Source: Bacillota bacterium
GTDB taxonomy: Bacteria > Bacillota > Clostridia > Clostridiales > Clostridiaceae
Length of the DNA stretch: 64,000 nucleotides
Reading direction: 5' to 3'
NCBI GenBank assembly: GCA_023435985.1
Contig: JAEZKY010000331.1
Location: 19,370-83,369 of the forward strand
Shown here: in pieces, positions 1 to 11,535 of the stretch
How positions within the stretch are numbered: position 1 is the first letter of the stretch
Layout of the letters: every line of letters begins with the position of its first letter
The notes under the pieces: generated by a model
Seen by the model: the letters and a program-made list of their open reading frames with translations, nothing else
What the model was told of the DNA's origin: nothing
Databases searched by the model: none
Translations under genes and position numbers: made by a program

Positions 1-707
1 AATTTTGGAATCAGGTGGGTTACTTAATTGAAACACCACATGCTTATCCAAACTTTACTGTAGAAGAAAATCTTATATTATATGCAAAGCAAAGACTAAT
101 ACCATATTCAGAAATTAAGAAACGAATTGATGACATTTCACAGCAGCTATTGCTAGATAATTATAGGCAAGTTAAGGTAAAAGATCTTTCCTTGGGAAAC
201 AATCAGAAAATTGGATTAGCTAAGGCGCTTATTCATAGGCCAAAAATTCTTTTGTTAGACGAACCAACAAACGGATTGGATCCGGAGGGGCTTGTAGTTG
301 TTCGTAAGTCTTTATTAGAAATGGCTAAAAATGGGACAACTATTTTTATTTCAAGCCATCTATTAGATGAGATGGAAAAGCTGGTAAGTCGAATTGGGAT
401 ATTAGCACATGGATGCCTGCTACGAGAATTAAATTTTTCAGAATTTGAAACCTGTAGAGAATCCAAGCTTTACATAAAAACGGATGGCTCCGTCGAGAAT
501 CTTGCTGATTACCTTGCTACAAAAAACTTGCAATGCACATCAGTAAGTGAAGAGGAAATACTTGTTTCGAATATACCTATTAACCAATATTCTGCTTTAT
601 TACATCAGTTAGAAAATCAGAAATTGAATCCAATGATTTTTCAATCTGTAAATGAAAGTTTAGAAGAATTCTTTCTTAAAACAATTAAGGAGGGCAAATC
701 ATTATGA
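1..707 (+). CDS. ABC transporter ATP-binding protein, BcrA-like (5' truncated by window edge)
   Basis: LSLGNNQK signature, LLLDEPTNGLD Walker B/D-loop, ISSH H-loop; Walker A lies upstream of window. Confidence 0.85.
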   Translation, partial: FWNQVGYLIETPHAYPNFTVEENLILYAKQRLIPYSEIKKRIDDISQQLLLDNYRQVKVKDLSLGNNQKIGLAKALIHRPKILLLDEPTNGLDPEGLVVVRKSLLEMAKNGTTIFISSHLLDEMEKLVSRIGILAHGCLLRELNFSEFETCRESKLYIKTDGSVENLADYLATKNLQCTSVSEEEILVSNIPINQYSALLHQLENQKLNPMIFQSVNESLEEFFLKTIKEGKSL

Positions 708-1402
708 AACAGATATGGTCAATGACTAAAATTGAGTTTTATAAAATAGTACGAGGTCATATACCAATTTATATTTTAGCTTTTTATAGCTTTTTGTTAC
801 TTATCCATATGCAGGATAAAACGTGGGAAGAATTTTTGAAAAATACTTTTTTTATGTATTCTACTGTTATTGGATTGATGGGTTTTGGTATTTTAAGCAG
901 CTGGGTATTTGGTAGAGAGTATCAGGATCAAACTTTTAAAGATCTTTTATCATTGCCAATTTCTCGCACAAGTTTGGTATGTTCAAAATTTTTTGCTTTA
1001 GGATTATGTTTTTTAGGCATAACGGTATTAGCAATTGGTGCGACATTTGCCATAGGCTTGAGCTTAGATTTGACAAATTTTGATGTGTTATTGACTGGAA
1101 CTCTTCTAAAAAGGTTGGGGATAGTAACACTCTATAATTGTAGTCTTAGTTTTCTATTTCCTCTTATCGCCAGCATGACACGGGGAATTTTGGCTCCAGT
1201 TAGTACTTCATTTGTAGCTATAATTATAGCTGCCATTTTTGGATCACAGCCGTTAGGCCGTTATATCCCATGGACAATTTCTGGAATATATTTGAATAAT
1301 CCTCAGCTTATTAATTGGATCAGTAAATTGACGATTCTTGTTATTTTATTTATTGGTGTTTATGGTACTATATTATGGTGGAATTATGTAGACCAAAAAT
1401 AG
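704..1402 (+). CDS. ABC-2 type permease (BcrB/lantibiotic-immunity-like)
   Basis: Multiple TM segments, FGREYQDQTFKDLLSLPISR motif, ATGA overlap with ATPase. Confidence 0.8.
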   Translation: MKQIWSMTKIEFYKIVRGHIPIYILAFYSFLLLIHMQDKTWEEFLKNTFFMYSTVIGLMGFGILSSWVFGREYQDQTFKDLLSLPISRTSLVCSKFFALGLCFLGITVLAIGATFAIGLSLDLTNFDVLLTGTLLKRLGIVTLYNCSLSFLFPLIASMTRGILAPVSTSFVAIIIAAIFGSQPLGRYIPWTISGIYLNNPQLINWISKLTILVILFIGVYGTILWWNYVDQK

Positions 1403-1413
1403 GAGGTTGTATC

Positions 1414-2004
1414 ATGAACAATAATGCTAGTCGACGCCGTGGCGCTATACTTGAAAATGCAATTTTAGATGAGGCTTGGTTATTGCTTAATAAAATGGGA
1501 TATAGCAAATTGACAATGGATGACGTAGCTCGTGCTGCAAAAACCAACAAAAATGCTATTTATCGCCGATGGCCACAAAAATGTTATCTTATTTTTGCCG
1601 CTTTAAGCCGACATCTACCATCAATAGAATTAGAAGTCAGTGATCATGGTTCGCTAAGAGAAGATTTAATTGCCTTATTTAATGTTTTAAATCTATTTGA
1701 AATTATCAGACCCGATGATCTACGAGATGTGATTTTAGATATGCTTTCTAATATGACGCCTTACGATTTATTTAATGTTATTAACAACGGAAATGGTCTT
1801 CGTGAATCAACTGAAACTATTATAACGAGGGCTAATCATCGCAAAGAGATTTCACTTTCAATAGATACTATTTCTGAAAAGGCTTTAAATTTACCAGCTA
1901 TACTAATTATAAATGAGCTTGTTTTGCATGGGAGGATCACAGAAACGAATACTGAGGATATTATTGATAATATTTTGATTCCGATATATAAAGCGAGTAA
2001 ATAA
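1414..2004 (+). CDS. TetR/AcrR family transcriptional regulator
   Basis: N-terminal HTH GYSKLTMDDVARAAKTNKNAIYRRWP; AGGAGG RBS before ATG 1414. Confidence 0.9.
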   Translation: MNNNASRRRGAILENAILDEAWLLLNKMGYSKLTMDDVARAAKTNKNAIYRRWPQKCYLIFAALSRHLPSIELEVSDHGSLREDLIALFNVLNLFEIIRPDDLRDVILDMLSNMTPYDLFNVINNGNGLRESTETIITRANHRKEISLSIDTISEKALNLPAILIINELVLHGRITETNTEDIIDNILIPIYKASK

Positions 2005-2455
2005 TCTAATTGGGAAGAATAACATGGGACTTAAAATTAAGATTCCCTTGTTACTTCTTGTAAAGCAAAGAAATAGCTTCAGGGCATGAATACAATTAAA
2101 TCATAAAACTTGTTAAAATTTTATGGAGAAGTTGGTAATGTGGCTAATTTGAGTTTAGAATAATGGAAGAAAAAATCTATTGATTTTTGGGCTGAACATT
2201 GCAAGTAAAACAAGGGCATATATATACGGCTAGATACTTTTATTTTTATTTATTAGCATTATTATTAAAAAAGTGAATATATTTCATAAAAATATGTCTG
2301 TTAGAGGTTAGGTTGATGATGAACAAGTTAAAATTTTTATAGTAACTTTAAATGGAATCCTAACTAATTACATAAATTCAGTGATGAAAATTTCAAAGTT
2401 TAATGAGAATGAGAGTTCTTATCGATAATTAATTTGTTAAAGGAGTAAGTAATTT

Positions 2456-3442
2456 ATGAAGAAATATGTTTTGTTAATTGTATTACCAGTGCTTATAGGA
2501 ACATCTTTTTTTACAGGATGCGTCGCAAATAATAATAGAAATGAAAATGCTGTTCAAGCAGAAGAGGTTAATGAGCAAAAATCCATATATATCATGGCAG
2601 GAAAACTTGAAACAGATAATCAAGTTAATGTATCTTCAAAAATTTCTGCAAGAGTTTCAGATATATCAGTTAATGTAGGGTCAGTTGTAAATCAAGGTGA
2701 TACTGTCATTAAATTAGATACTCAGGACTTGCAGGCTCAGGTAGATCAAGCACAAGCAGCAGTAAATACTGCAAATGCAAATTTAACTAATGCTATGAAC
2801 AGTACACGTCCTGAACAAATAGAGCAAGCACAAGCAGCTCTGGATAGTGCTAAAGCAACTTATGATGCCTCTAAAAAGGATTATGATCGTACAAAAGCTT
2901 TAGTTGACGCTGGTGCAGCTACAGAGGTGCAGCTTGAAACTGCACAGCAGCAACTTACTTCTGCTGAGTCAGGGCAAAAATCAGCAGAGGAACAATTAGA
3001 AATGCTTAAAAATGGTGCTACAGAAACGAGTATAGATGTTTACAAGGCTGAAGTAAAGCAAGCTGAAGAAGCATTAAAAACAGCACAAATAGCATTAAAT
3101 AATGGAGCTATCACAGCGCCTATTTCAGGGAAAGTTACTGTTAAAAATATAAATAAAGGTGAAATAGTATCACCTGGCAGCACTCTTATTTCGATATCTA
3201 ATCCTGACACTTTATGCGTGAATGCATATGTACCGTTGAGTATTGCAAAAAATCTAGAAGAAGGACAAGCTGTAAATGTTAAAGTGTCGGAGATAGAAGA
3301 TTCAGAATTTGAAGGAACTATATCAGTAATAAATTCAGAATTAAATTCTAAGAGTAATAATGTTTTAGTAAAAATAACTTTAATAGATTCAAGCGCACAA
3401 TTGAAACCTGGCATGTTTGCCAAAGTTGGCGTAAGAAGTTAG
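2456..3442 (+). CDS. HlyD/EmrA-family membrane fusion protein, probable lipoprotein
   Basis: Lipoyl half-motifs (VNVGSVVNQGD, ITAPISG), long Q/A coiled hairpin, LKPGMF; FFTG-C lipobox-like. Confidence 0.85.
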   Translation: MKKYVLLIVLPVLIGTSFFTGCVANNNRNENAVQAEEVNEQKSIYIMAGKLETDNQVNVSSKISARVSDISVNVGSVVNQGDTVIKLDTQDLQAQVDQAQAAVNTANANLTNAMNSTRPEQIEQAQAALDSAKATYDASKKDYDRTKALVDAGAATEVQLETAQQQLTSAESGQKSAEEQLEMLKNGATETSIDVYKAEVKQAEEALKTAQIALNNGAITAPISGKVTVKNINKGEIVSPGSTLISISNPDTLCVNAYVPLSIAKNLEEGQAVNVKVSEIEDSEFEGTISVINSELNSKSNNVLVKITLIDSSAQLKPGMFAKVGVRS

Positions 3443-3448
3443 GAAGGG

Positions 3449-4111
3449 ATGATAAAAATGCAAGGAAAGCGTAAAATAATAATTTTTTGTATAGCTATAG
3501 CTATGTTAATAACTCTTAGCGGAGTTGGGTTTTATTATTGGTATGAAAATGAGTATTTTGTTTCAACTGAAGATGCACAGGTAGCTGGAGATTTTATAGA
3601 TATAACTCCAAAAATTTCAGGAAGTCTTCTTGAATTTAGTGTAGAAGAAGGAGAAACTTTAGTTAAAGATCAAATTGTAGGACACATAGATGAAGAGGGA
3701 ATAGCAGATGAAAATGTTAATTCTTCATTACTTAGAGCGCCAATTAATGGGATAATTATTAAAAAGGAAGCTGAGGAGGGGCAATATGTTCAGGCTGGAT
3801 CTACGCTTGCGGTAATGGTTGACCAAGAAAAACTTTATATAACTGCTAATATAGAAGAAACCAAGGTCGAAAAATTAAAAGAAGGGCAAAATGTAGATAT
3901 AAAAATTGATCAATTTGATGGGAAAGTATTTCAAGGTAAAGTTGAATATATAGGAAAGGCTTCAAATTCAGCATTTTCACTTCTCCCATCTTCTTCAGGT
4001 GGAACTTTTACTAAGGTTGTTCAAAAGGTACCTGTGAAAATTGAACTTGAGGAAAATGATGCTAAGCTTCTACCTGGTACAAATGCAGACATAAAAATAC
4101 ATATTAAGTAG
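3449..4111 (+). CDS. Short EmrA-like secretion/adaptor protein
   Basis: STEDAQV, LRAPING, FSLLP..GTFTKVVQKVPVKI EmrA motifs; lacks long hairpin. Confidence 0.85.
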   Translation: MIKMQGKRKIIIFCIAIAMLITLSGVGFYYWYENEYFVSTEDAQVAGDFIDITPKISGSLLEFSVEEGETLVKDQIVGHIDEEGIADENVNSSLLRAPINGIIIKKEAEEGQYVQAGSTLAVMVDQEKLYITANIEETKVEKLKEGQNVDIKIDQFDGKVFQGKVEYIGKASNSAFSLLPSSSGGTFTKVVQKVPVKIELEENDAKLLPGTNADIKIHIK

Positions 4112-4119
4112 GTGTGAGC

Positions 4120-5667
4120 ATGGAAAATAAAAAAGAATCATCAGCTAAATGGCTTATTATGAGTGTTGTAATTATGGCAATTTTTATGGTAAATCTAGAT
4201 ACAAGTATTATTAACATCTCTGTTACTAAAATGATGCAGACCTTTAACGCATCCATAGATCAAATCCAATGGGTTGTTAGTGCATATACCCTAACCCTAG
4301 GAGTTGTAATACCATCAACAAGTTATTTTGGAGATAAATTTGGCACTAAAAACGTATTTATTACTGCGTTAAGTTTATTTACTTTAGGTTCACTATTGTG
4401 TGGGATTTCATGGAATGAAACTATAATGATAATTGCAAGAGTAATTCAAGGAATTGGAGGAGCTTGTATAATATCGCTTGGTATGACAATATTAATGACT
4501 ACTTTTGATAAAAACGAACTTGGAATGGCAATAGGGGTAATGGGAATGTGTGTAATGGCAGCCCCAGCTTTAGGGCCAAGCTTAGGAGGATATATTATTC
4601 AAAATTTTAATTGGAGATTTCTTTTTTTTATAAATCTTCCAGTTGGAATAGTTGCCACAATAATGGCTATACTCATATTCAAAAAATCAGAACATAAGTT
4701 ATCAAAGAAATTTGATATTATTGGATTTTTAACTTCAAGTATCGGAATGTCTTGCGTTCTTTATGTACTTGGGAAAAGTGATTTGGACTGGAACGATATA
4801 AAAAATATCGTGCTTATGATTGTTGGGTGTTACAGTCTTGTAATATTTGTTGTGAATGAATTACTCATTGAAGAACCTATGCTTGATTTAAAACTATTGA
4901 AGAATTACACCTTTTGCATGAGTAATATTATCATGAATATTGCAATGTTAGCTCTTTATGGTGGTGTGTTTCTGATGCCAATATTCCTTCAACAAATAAG
5001 GGGACTTGATTCAATGAATACAGGTTTAATTTTATTTCCAGAAGCAATAGCTACAGCCATATCTATGGTCTTATACGGGAAAATTGGTAATAAATTTGAC
5101 GTTAGGTTATTTGCTGTATTTGCATTAATTTTGATAGGCATTAACAGTTATAGTATGTCAAAAATTACTTTGGATACACCTAATATGACGATTATGATTT
5201 TATTAATGATTCGGGGATTTGGTGTCGGATTTCTTATGGCACCTGTTCAAACAGTAGGTTTTAGTGGATTACCAAAGACTGCAATGTCAAACGCATCTGC
5301 TTTAACTAATACAGTAAAACAGGTAGGGACTTCCATAGGAGTTACAATTATCACAAGCGTTATGCAGCATAGAAATGTGATTGATTACTCTAACTTAGCA
5401 TCTCAAGTGACATCTTTTAATAAAAATAGCATGAAATTATATGAAATGCTTCAAGGGGTGTTTATTAAAAGCGGGATGTCAGTAGGTAATGCTCAAGGAA
5501 TTGCTTTAAACAAAATGTTTGGAGAAGTTGCACTTAAGGCACAGCTCCAAGCTCTTAATGATACCATGCTTGTCATTTCAATAATTACTGCTATTGTAAT
5601 TATTCCAACACTTTTATTAAAACAAGGTAAACAAGAAGAAATAAAGGCAATAGAGGCAGAAGGATAG
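4120..5667 (+). CDS. DHA2 (EmrB/QacA) MFS efflux permease
   Basis: LDTSIINIS, ARVIQGIG, GPSLGG..WRFLFFINLP motifs; many TM segments. Confidence 0.9.
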   Translation: MENKKESSAKWLIMSVVIMAIFMVNLDTSIINISVTKMMQTFNASIDQIQWVVSAYTLTLGVVIPSTSYFGDKFGTKNVFITALSLFTLGSLLCGISWNETIMIIARVIQGIGGACIISLGMTILMTTFDKNELGMAIGVMGMCVMAAPALGPSLGGYIIQNFNWRFLFFINLPVGIVATIMAILIFKKSEHKLSKKFDIIGFLTSSIGMSCVLYVLGKSDLDWNDIKNIVLMIVGCYSLVIFVVNELLIEEPMLDLKLLKNYTFCMSNIIMNIAMLALYGGVFLMPIFLQQIRGLDSMNTGLILFPEAIATAISMVLYGKIGNKFDVRLFAVFALILIGINSYSMSKITLDTPNMTIMILLMIRGFGVGFLMAPVQTVGFSGLPKTAMSNASALTNTVKQVGTSIGVTIITSVMQHRNVIDYSNLASQVTSFNKNSMKLYEMLQGVFIKSGMSVGNAQGIALNKMFGEVALKAQLQALNDTMLVISIITAIVIIPTLLLKQGKQEEIKAIEAEG

Positions 5668-5738
5668 AAACCTAAAAATAATATTTAAATTAAAAGTAAA
5701 GTGAGAAATATATTATAAGAAGTGAAGATTTTTTAGAA

Positions 5739-5825
5739 AGGAGCTATTGCAGTAGCGACTAAAAATTGCTATTGCAAAGCTCCTCTTATATGTTCTTTGT
5801 GAAACAGTTGTTTCGCAAAGAACAT
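5739..5825. terminator. Two stem-loops between convergent genes (bidirectional terminator region)
   Basis: AGGAGCT.TTGC...GCAAAGCTCCT (5739-5784) and ATGTTCTTTGTGAAAC/GTTTCGCAAAGAACAT (5790-5825). Confidence 0.65.
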
Positions 5826-5838
5826 TATTGATGGTTCT

Positions 5839-6387
5839 CTAGATAGATTTTCCTGCTTCATAAGCTTTTAATAAAAGTTCTTTATTATTAGCTGCTACAC
5901 TGGAGTCTTGGCCGCCTGTTTGCAAAATAGTATCAACTACATTTAAGCCAAACATTTTAAGCATAGCTTCATTTCCTTGAAAGATTGTTTGAAGAGCTTG
6001 TCCATTTGGATTTCCTTGAGAATATACCATTATCAGGTCTTTAGCACCATATCTAGGAGTGAAATTTTCATCAAACAAGCCACAGAGTCTATCCCATAGC
6101 AGCTTCATTTGAGCTGTAATCTGCATAACATATACGGGAGATCCAAAAATCACAGTATCGGCATCAATAATATGTTTAAACATGTCCTGAAAATCATCTT
6201 GCATAACGCATTGTCCGGTTTTGCGACAGACAAAGCAACCTTGGCAGGGTTTGATGTTCATATCATACAGATTATAAACAGTTGTTTCTGCACCAGCATC
6301 TTGTGCTCCTCGAATAACTTCATTAATAAGGGTAGCAGTATTGCCATTTTTTCTCGGACTTCCCATAAAAGCGACTATCTTTTTCAT
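5839..6387 (-). CDS. Iron-sulfur flavoprotein / NADPH-dependent FMN reductase family
   Basis: GSPRKNGNT FMN loop, CQGCFVC-x5-C cluster motif, GSPVY. Confidence 0.85.
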   Translation of the reverse strand: MKKIVAFMGSPRKNGNTATLINEVIRGAQDAGAETTVYNLYDMNIKPCQGCFVCRKTGQCVMQDDFQDMFKHIIDADTVIFGSPVYVMQITAQMKLLWDRLCGLFDENFTPRYGAKDLIMVYSQGNPNGQALQTIFQGNEAMLKMFGLNVVDTILQTGGQDSSVAANNKELLLKAYEAGKSI

Positions 6388-6508
6388 AGTTTCATTATCT
6401 CCAATCTTTAATTAATATTGTATTTATATTATCACTTTATTTATAATAGTAATAGATATGTAATTATACTAGTATTAATACTGCTATGATAAAGAAAGGT
6501 AAGAACTT

Positions 6509-7342
6509 ATGTACAATGAAAAGCAACGATATAAGGAATTAGGGGATTTTTTAAAATCGCGTAGGGCGAAAATTTTGCCATCGCAGGTTGGGATGCCTGA
6601 AGGAATACGCCGCCGAACTCCAGGACTTAGAAGAGAAGAGGTGGCCTTGCTCTCAGGAATTGGTTTAACCTGGTATACGTGGATTGAGCAAGGACGTCCT
6701 ATACAAATATCTATAAAAGCACTTGAAAGTTTAGCTAAAGCCCTGATGCTTGATAAGGAGGAAACAAAACATCTTTATATTCTTGCACAGCATACGCCAC
6801 CGACTGATTTTCATATTTACGGTGATGATATCAATCCTATGTTTCAACATGTGCTTAACAGCTTAGAATTTTCCCCAGCAACCATTCATGATGCTCGCTT
6901 TAATGTTATTGCGTGGAATAGAGCTGCTGCAAAAATTATTCTTGATTATGGTCAGATTAATGTTTCTAAACGTAACCTGTTACGAATTATGTTTACAAAT
7001 GAAGAATATAAAAAGAAACTCACTGACTGGGAAGTTTCAGCAAAAAAGATGATTGCAAGCTTTCGCACAATTTATGGAGAGTTTGTCGGGGATCCATGGA
7101 TTGAGAATCTTATAACTGAGCTCAGGAACGAAAGTAAAGAATTTGATTCTTGGTGGTCAATGTACGACATTAAGAAAGATGAGGGAATGTTGAAGAATAT
7201 TAACCATCCAATTTTAGGAGAACTAGAGTTTGAGCATACTATTTATATGCTTGTATCAGATTCTGACTTAAAAATGTCTATACTCACTGCTGTTCCTGGG
7301 TCAGATACAGAGAAAAAGATAAAGCAATTTCTGTTAAAGTGA
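6509..7342 (+). CDS. XRE-HTH / MmyB-like transcriptional regulator
   Basis: LGDFLKSRR..RRRTPGLRREEVA..WYTWIEQGR, HPILGEL; divergent from flavoprotein gene. Confidence 0.9.
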   Translation: MYNEKQRYKELGDFLKSRRAKILPSQVGMPEGIRRRTPGLRREEVALLSGIGLTWYTWIEQGRPIQISIKALESLAKALMLDKEETKHLYILAQHTPPTDFHIYGDDINPMFQHVLNSLEFSPATIHDARFNVIAWNRAAAKIILDYGQINVSKRNLLRIMFTNEEYKKKLTDWEVSAKKMIASFRTIYGEFVGDPWIENLITELRNESKEFDSWWSMYDIKKDEGMLKNINHPILGELEFEHTIYMLVSDSDLKMSILTAVPGSDTEKKIKQFLLK

Positions 7343-7416
7343 GAAAAATATTATAAATAACATTTAACTTGTCTAAAATATTCAAAGTAAGAAGATAGAG
7401 ATGGAGGTAGAGATAA

Positions 7417-7923
7417 ATGAAAGAAATTGAGAAATCAGTCAATAAAGTTAGCTTTAAGAGAGCTACAGAAAAAGATATACCAATTATATTAGATTTTATA
7501 AAACAAATAGCAGCTTATGAAAAAATGCTGGATAAAGTAAAGGCAACAGAAGAATCACTAAGGGAATCCATATTTCACAATAATAGAGCAGAAGCACTGC
7601 TTATAGAAATGAATAAGGAATTTGTAGGATATGTTATATACTTCTTTAATTTTTCAACATTTGTTGGAAGAGAGGGGATATATATTGAAGACTTATATAT
7701 AAAACCGGAATATAGAAGAAACGGAATAGGTAAAAAGGCTTTTGAGGTTTTAGCTCATATAGCAAAAGAAAATAAATGTGAAAGAATTGAGTGGACTTGC
7801 TTGGATTGGAATGAGCCGTCTCTTAATTTCTATAAAAGTATTGGGGCAAAACCCATGAGGGAATGGATTATTCATAGATTAGATAAAGAAGCTATAGATA
7901 AAATAATTCAAAAGGAAAGTTAA
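7417..7923 (+). CDS. GNAT N-acetyltransferase (SSAT/diamine acetyltransferase-like)
   Basis: YIEDLYIKPEYRRNGIG, CLDWNEPSLNFY. Confidence 0.85.
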   Translation: MKEIEKSVNKVSFKRATEKDIPIILDFIKQIAAYEKMLDKVKATEESLRESIFHNNRAEALLIEMNKEFVGYVIYFFNFSTFVGREGIYIEDLYIKPEYRRNGIGKKAFEVLAHIAKENKCERIEWTCLDWNEPSLNFYKSIGAKPMREWIIHRLDKEAIDKIIQKES

Positions 7924-7972
7924 CATTAATAATATATTTTGATTAATAAATTTTATTGTTGTAAAAGAATAT

Positions 7973-8009
7973 AAACCTTGCAGGATATTTAGATTATGCA
8001 AGGTTTTTT
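7973..8009 (+). terminator. Intrinsic terminator after GNAT
   Basis: AAACCTTGCA...TGCAAGGTTTTTT. Confidence 0.7.
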
Positions 8010-8154
8010 GCTGTTAAAATTAACAAAAAATAAATGTATCAAAAGTAAATTATAGTGTGTGATATAAATTATGAGTGTGTAAAAAACATTTGTGTTAATA
8101 GAGGAGGACTTTGAAATAGAAGTTATAGTTAACACTTTAAATTACACGCTTATT

Positions 8155-8170
8155 TGGCATGAGGATTGCT
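8155..8170 (+). promoter_or_regulatory. sigma54 (-24/-12) promoter upstream of the PRD activator
   Basis: TGGCATGAGGATTGCT, GG-N10-GC. Confidence 0.7.
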
Positions 8171-8477
8171 TTAAATATTTATAGAAATAATAAAAAATTT
8201 TATAGTCTAGGGATAAGCTTAGTTCAAAATGTTTCGAAAATTTCATTGTGACTGTTTATGAATTATTTTGATTTATATTGAATGATTAACTAAATATGAG
8301 TTATATTATAATAATAAACATGAATTTTTTTCAAAAATATTACATGTATAAAGAGGCATCTTATTTTTTTAGAAAGTCATATTTCCTAGTGAATTAATTA
8401 AAAATAGGAAACGGTGACACTAAATTCAATGATTAGAATAATTATTTTTTACTATGGCTCAAAGGAAGGTATAACAT

Positions 8478-11282
8478 ATGAAGCAAATTGAGAAAATTTA
8501 TAATTATATATTATTAAAATCTAAAGAATTTACAAAAGAAAAATTATTAGAAGTTAAGGGATTTAGCGCACAACAAATTGGTGAGCATTTTGGGGTTTTA
8601 AGAAGTAATGTATCACGAGAATTAAACAATCTTTGCCGTGAAAAAAAAATAATTAAAATAAAAAATAGGCCTGTACTCTATTTTGAAAAAGAACAATTCA
8701 TTAAATTATTAAATATAAAGGGTGTCTTTGATTATGAAGAAGGTATAGATATTAAGGACTTCATTGATATATCTGATGAAAGGAAGGATAGATCATCATT
8801 TAATTCCCTTATTGGTTTTAATAGAAGTTTAAAAAATCAAATTGAACAAGCTAAAGCAGCATTATTGTATCCTCCTAACGGACTTCATACATTGATAATT
8901 GGAGGCACAGGAGTCGGGAAAAGTTTGTTTGCCAATATGATGTATAAATATTATAAGAGCATTAAAGAATTGCCAGAAGATCCTCCTTTTATTATTTTTA
9001 ATTGTGCAGATTATTGTAATAATCCACAACTGTTATTATCTCATATTTTTGGACATGTAAAAGGAGCATTTACGGGGGCAGAAAAAGAGAAAGAAGGTAT
9101 AGTTGAAAAAGCTGATGGTGGAATTTTGTTTTTAGATGAAATTCATAGATTGCCCCCAGAAGGTCAAGAAATGGTTTTTTATTTTATGGATACTGGAACA
9201 TATAATAAACTTGGAGAAACGGACAGACGTAGAAGAGCAAATGTATTGCTAATTGGGGCTACAACTGAAGATCCAAATTCTGCATTATTAAATACATTTA
9301 TTAGAAGAATTCCTATAACAATAACAATACCAGCATTTGATGAAAGATCTATAGATGAAAAGTTAGAATTAGTCCAATATTTGTTTTCAAAAGAAGCCCA
9401 AAGAGTGAATAAAGCCATTAGGATTTCATCAGAAGCAATTAAAGCTTTAATAGGCAGTACTACATATGGAAATGTTGGACAATTAAAGTCAAATATACAG
9501 TTAGTATGTGCTAAGGGATTTTTTAATTCTGTAAATACAGATAAAAATATTGAGATAAATTTGACTTTATTACCTCCTAATATTAAAAGTGGAATATTAG
9601 TTTTTGGAAATCAAACAGGAGACAATACAACAATGTGGAATATGATGCCTAATAGCATTACTATACAACCTGATGGAAATAAAACCTTTTTAGAAACGGA
9701 TGATTATGAAACGCCATTTAACATTTACAGCATAATAGAAAATAAAACTTCATTACTAAAGGAGGAAGGACTTGATGATAATGAAATAAATAGTTTTATA
9801 ACTACGGATATAAATATTCATTTAAAACAGTTTTACGATAGATTTAAAAATGATATTAATCGAAGGGAAGGACTATTGAAGATTGTAGATAAGGATATTA
9901 TTGATTTTGCTGAGGAGATAAAAAAAATAGCGGAAACAAGATTGAGTAGAAAATTAAATGAAAGATTTATTTATGCTACAAGTCTTCATTTTAGTGCTCT
10001 ATTTAACCGAATTAAAAAAAATACTGTGTCACTTGAATCCAATATTACCTTATCAATTTCTGCTGAAAGTAATGAATATAAAGTTGCTAAAGAAATTCAT
10101 AAACTTATACAAAAGAATTTCAATCTCATTATACCAGATGTAGAAATTGAATATTTGGCTTTACTCCTAAGTTCAATACAAGAATCATCTCGTCAGGAGA
10201 GAGTGGGAATAGTTGTGGCTTCTCATGGAGCCAATATTGCTACGAGTATGGTTAGCTTAGCTAAAAAACTCTTCGAAGCAGATAACATTTTAGCAGTTGA
10301 TATGCCGCTTGAAAGATCTCCAGCAGACATACTGGATACGGTTATTGAAAAAGTTAAACAGGTTGATGAAGGAAAAGGGGTATTACTTTTGGTAGATATG
10401 GGTTCACTAAATAGTTTTGGTGAAGTAATAAAAGAAAAAACAGGCATAGAAATAAAAAGTATTGATATGGTATCTACCCCTTTGGTTTTAGAGGCAGTTA
10501 GAAAATGTTCTGTTTGCGATGTGGATTTAAATTCAGTGTATTCATATTTACTTACAGATTTTAGAGGATATTCAAATAATATTTCTGAATATATAGCTCA
10601 AAACAAGAAGCAAAAAGAAAAAGTTATAGTTACAGTTTGTTCTACAGGAAAAGGTGCAGCGCTTAAACTTAAAGTATTAGTTGAAAATGTTATAAGGAAT
10701 ATAAGTACTGAAAAGATTAATGTTGTTTCACTAGGAGTGAAAAATTTAAAAAATAGTATTACCCGTATTTCCAAGGAAAGCAATATTTTAGCTGTTATAG
10801 GCATTGCTAATCCAAAGCTTGAAATACCATTTATATCAATAGAGCAATTAATTGATGGAAGTGGAGAAAATACTTTAGTAAGTATTCTAGAGGTGAAAAA
10901 TATTAAGCCTGTTGAAAGTAAAGGAAACAAACAGATTATTTTTAAAGATCTCTGTATACAAAATCTTTCGGAAATCATAACATTTCTTAATCCAAAGAAA
11001 ATTTATTCAGTATTAGATGAATTTTTGCATTTGATTGAGAAATCATTAAATATAAGTTTCCACAATTCAGCTAAGTTAAGAATTATGTTTCATGTCGCAT
11101 GTGCATTAGAAAGAATGATTCGAAATAATGGATTAGTTTATGATGAAGAAAATGTAAATTTTGATGAAAAAACTATTCGGGCATTAAAGGAAGCTAGTTT
11201 GCTCTTTAAAGATGCGTTATCAATAAAATTAACGGATGATGAAATATACTTTATAGCAGATATTATAAAAATGACAGATTAG
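8478..11282 (+). CDS. LevR/ManR-type sigma54-dependent PRD transcriptional activator
   Basis: [25 protein letters not shown]+ core; PRD, EIIA-Man (VASHG), EIIB (VCSTGKG), second PRD. Confidence 0.93.
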   Translation: MKQIEKIYNYILLKSKEFTKEKLLEVKGFSAQQIGEHFGVLRSNVSRELNNLCREKKIIKIKNRPVLYFEKEQFIKLLNIKGVFDYEEGIDIKDFIDISDERKDRSSFNSLIGFNRSLKNQIEQAKAALLYPPNGLHTLIIGGTGVGKSLFANMMYKYYKSIKELPEDPPFIIFNCADYCNNPQLLLSHIFGHVKGAFTGAEKEKEGIVEKADGGILFLDEIHRLPPEGQEMVFYFMDTGTYNKLGETDRRRRANVLLIGATTEDPNSALLNTFIRRIPITITIPAFDERSIDEKLELVQYLFSKEAQRVNKAIRISSEAIKALIGSTTYGNVGQLKSNIQLVCAKGFFNSVNTDKNIEINLTLLPPNIKSGILVFGNQTGDNTTMWNMMPNSITIQPDGNKTFLETDDYETPFNIYSIIENKTSLLKEEGLDDNEINSFITTDINIHLKQFYDRFKNDINRREGLLKIVDKDIIDFAEEIKKIAETRLSRKLNERFIYATSLHFSALFNRIKKNTVSLESNITLSISAESNEYKVAKEIHKLIQKNFNLIIPDVEIEYLALLLSSIQESSRQERVGIVVASHGANIATSMVSLAKKLFEADNILAVDMPLERSPADILDTVIEKVKQVDEGKGVLLLVDMGSLNSFGEVIKEKTGIEIKSIDMVSTPLVLEAVRKCSVCDVDLNSVYSYLLTDFRGYSNNISEYIAQNKKQKEKVIVTVCSTGKGAALKLKVLVENVIRNISTEKINVVSLGVKNLKNSITRISKESNILAVIGIANPKLEIPFISIEQLIDGSGENTLVSILEVKNIKPVESKGNKQIIFKDLCIQNLSEIITFLNPKKIYSVLDEFLHLIEKSLNISFHNSAKLRIMFHVACALERMIRNNGLVYDEENVNFDEKTIRALKEASLLFKDALSIKLTDDEIYFIADIIKMTD

Positions 11283-11535
11283 TAATTGAATAAAATAGAA
11301 ACAAGAATATTTTCGAGGAGTTATGTTTGGGTAGATAATTATTTAATAAAAATAGCCAGTGAAGAATTACTTATAAAAATAGTATGAGTATTGAAAAATG
11401 CCCATAGCTTTTATAAATAATTCTTCACTTTTTAGCGATAAGTTATTTTTAGTAAATATATGTTTAGAAAGTATAAACTACTATATTTATGTATTAAGTC
11501 TAAAAGAGTGTGTGAATTAAAGTGGAACTTACATA

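Noticed and set aside
2020..2240. Possible gene remnant after TetR (KSIDFWAEHCK-like fragment)
   Set aside because: Short, interrupted, and no family recognisable by eye
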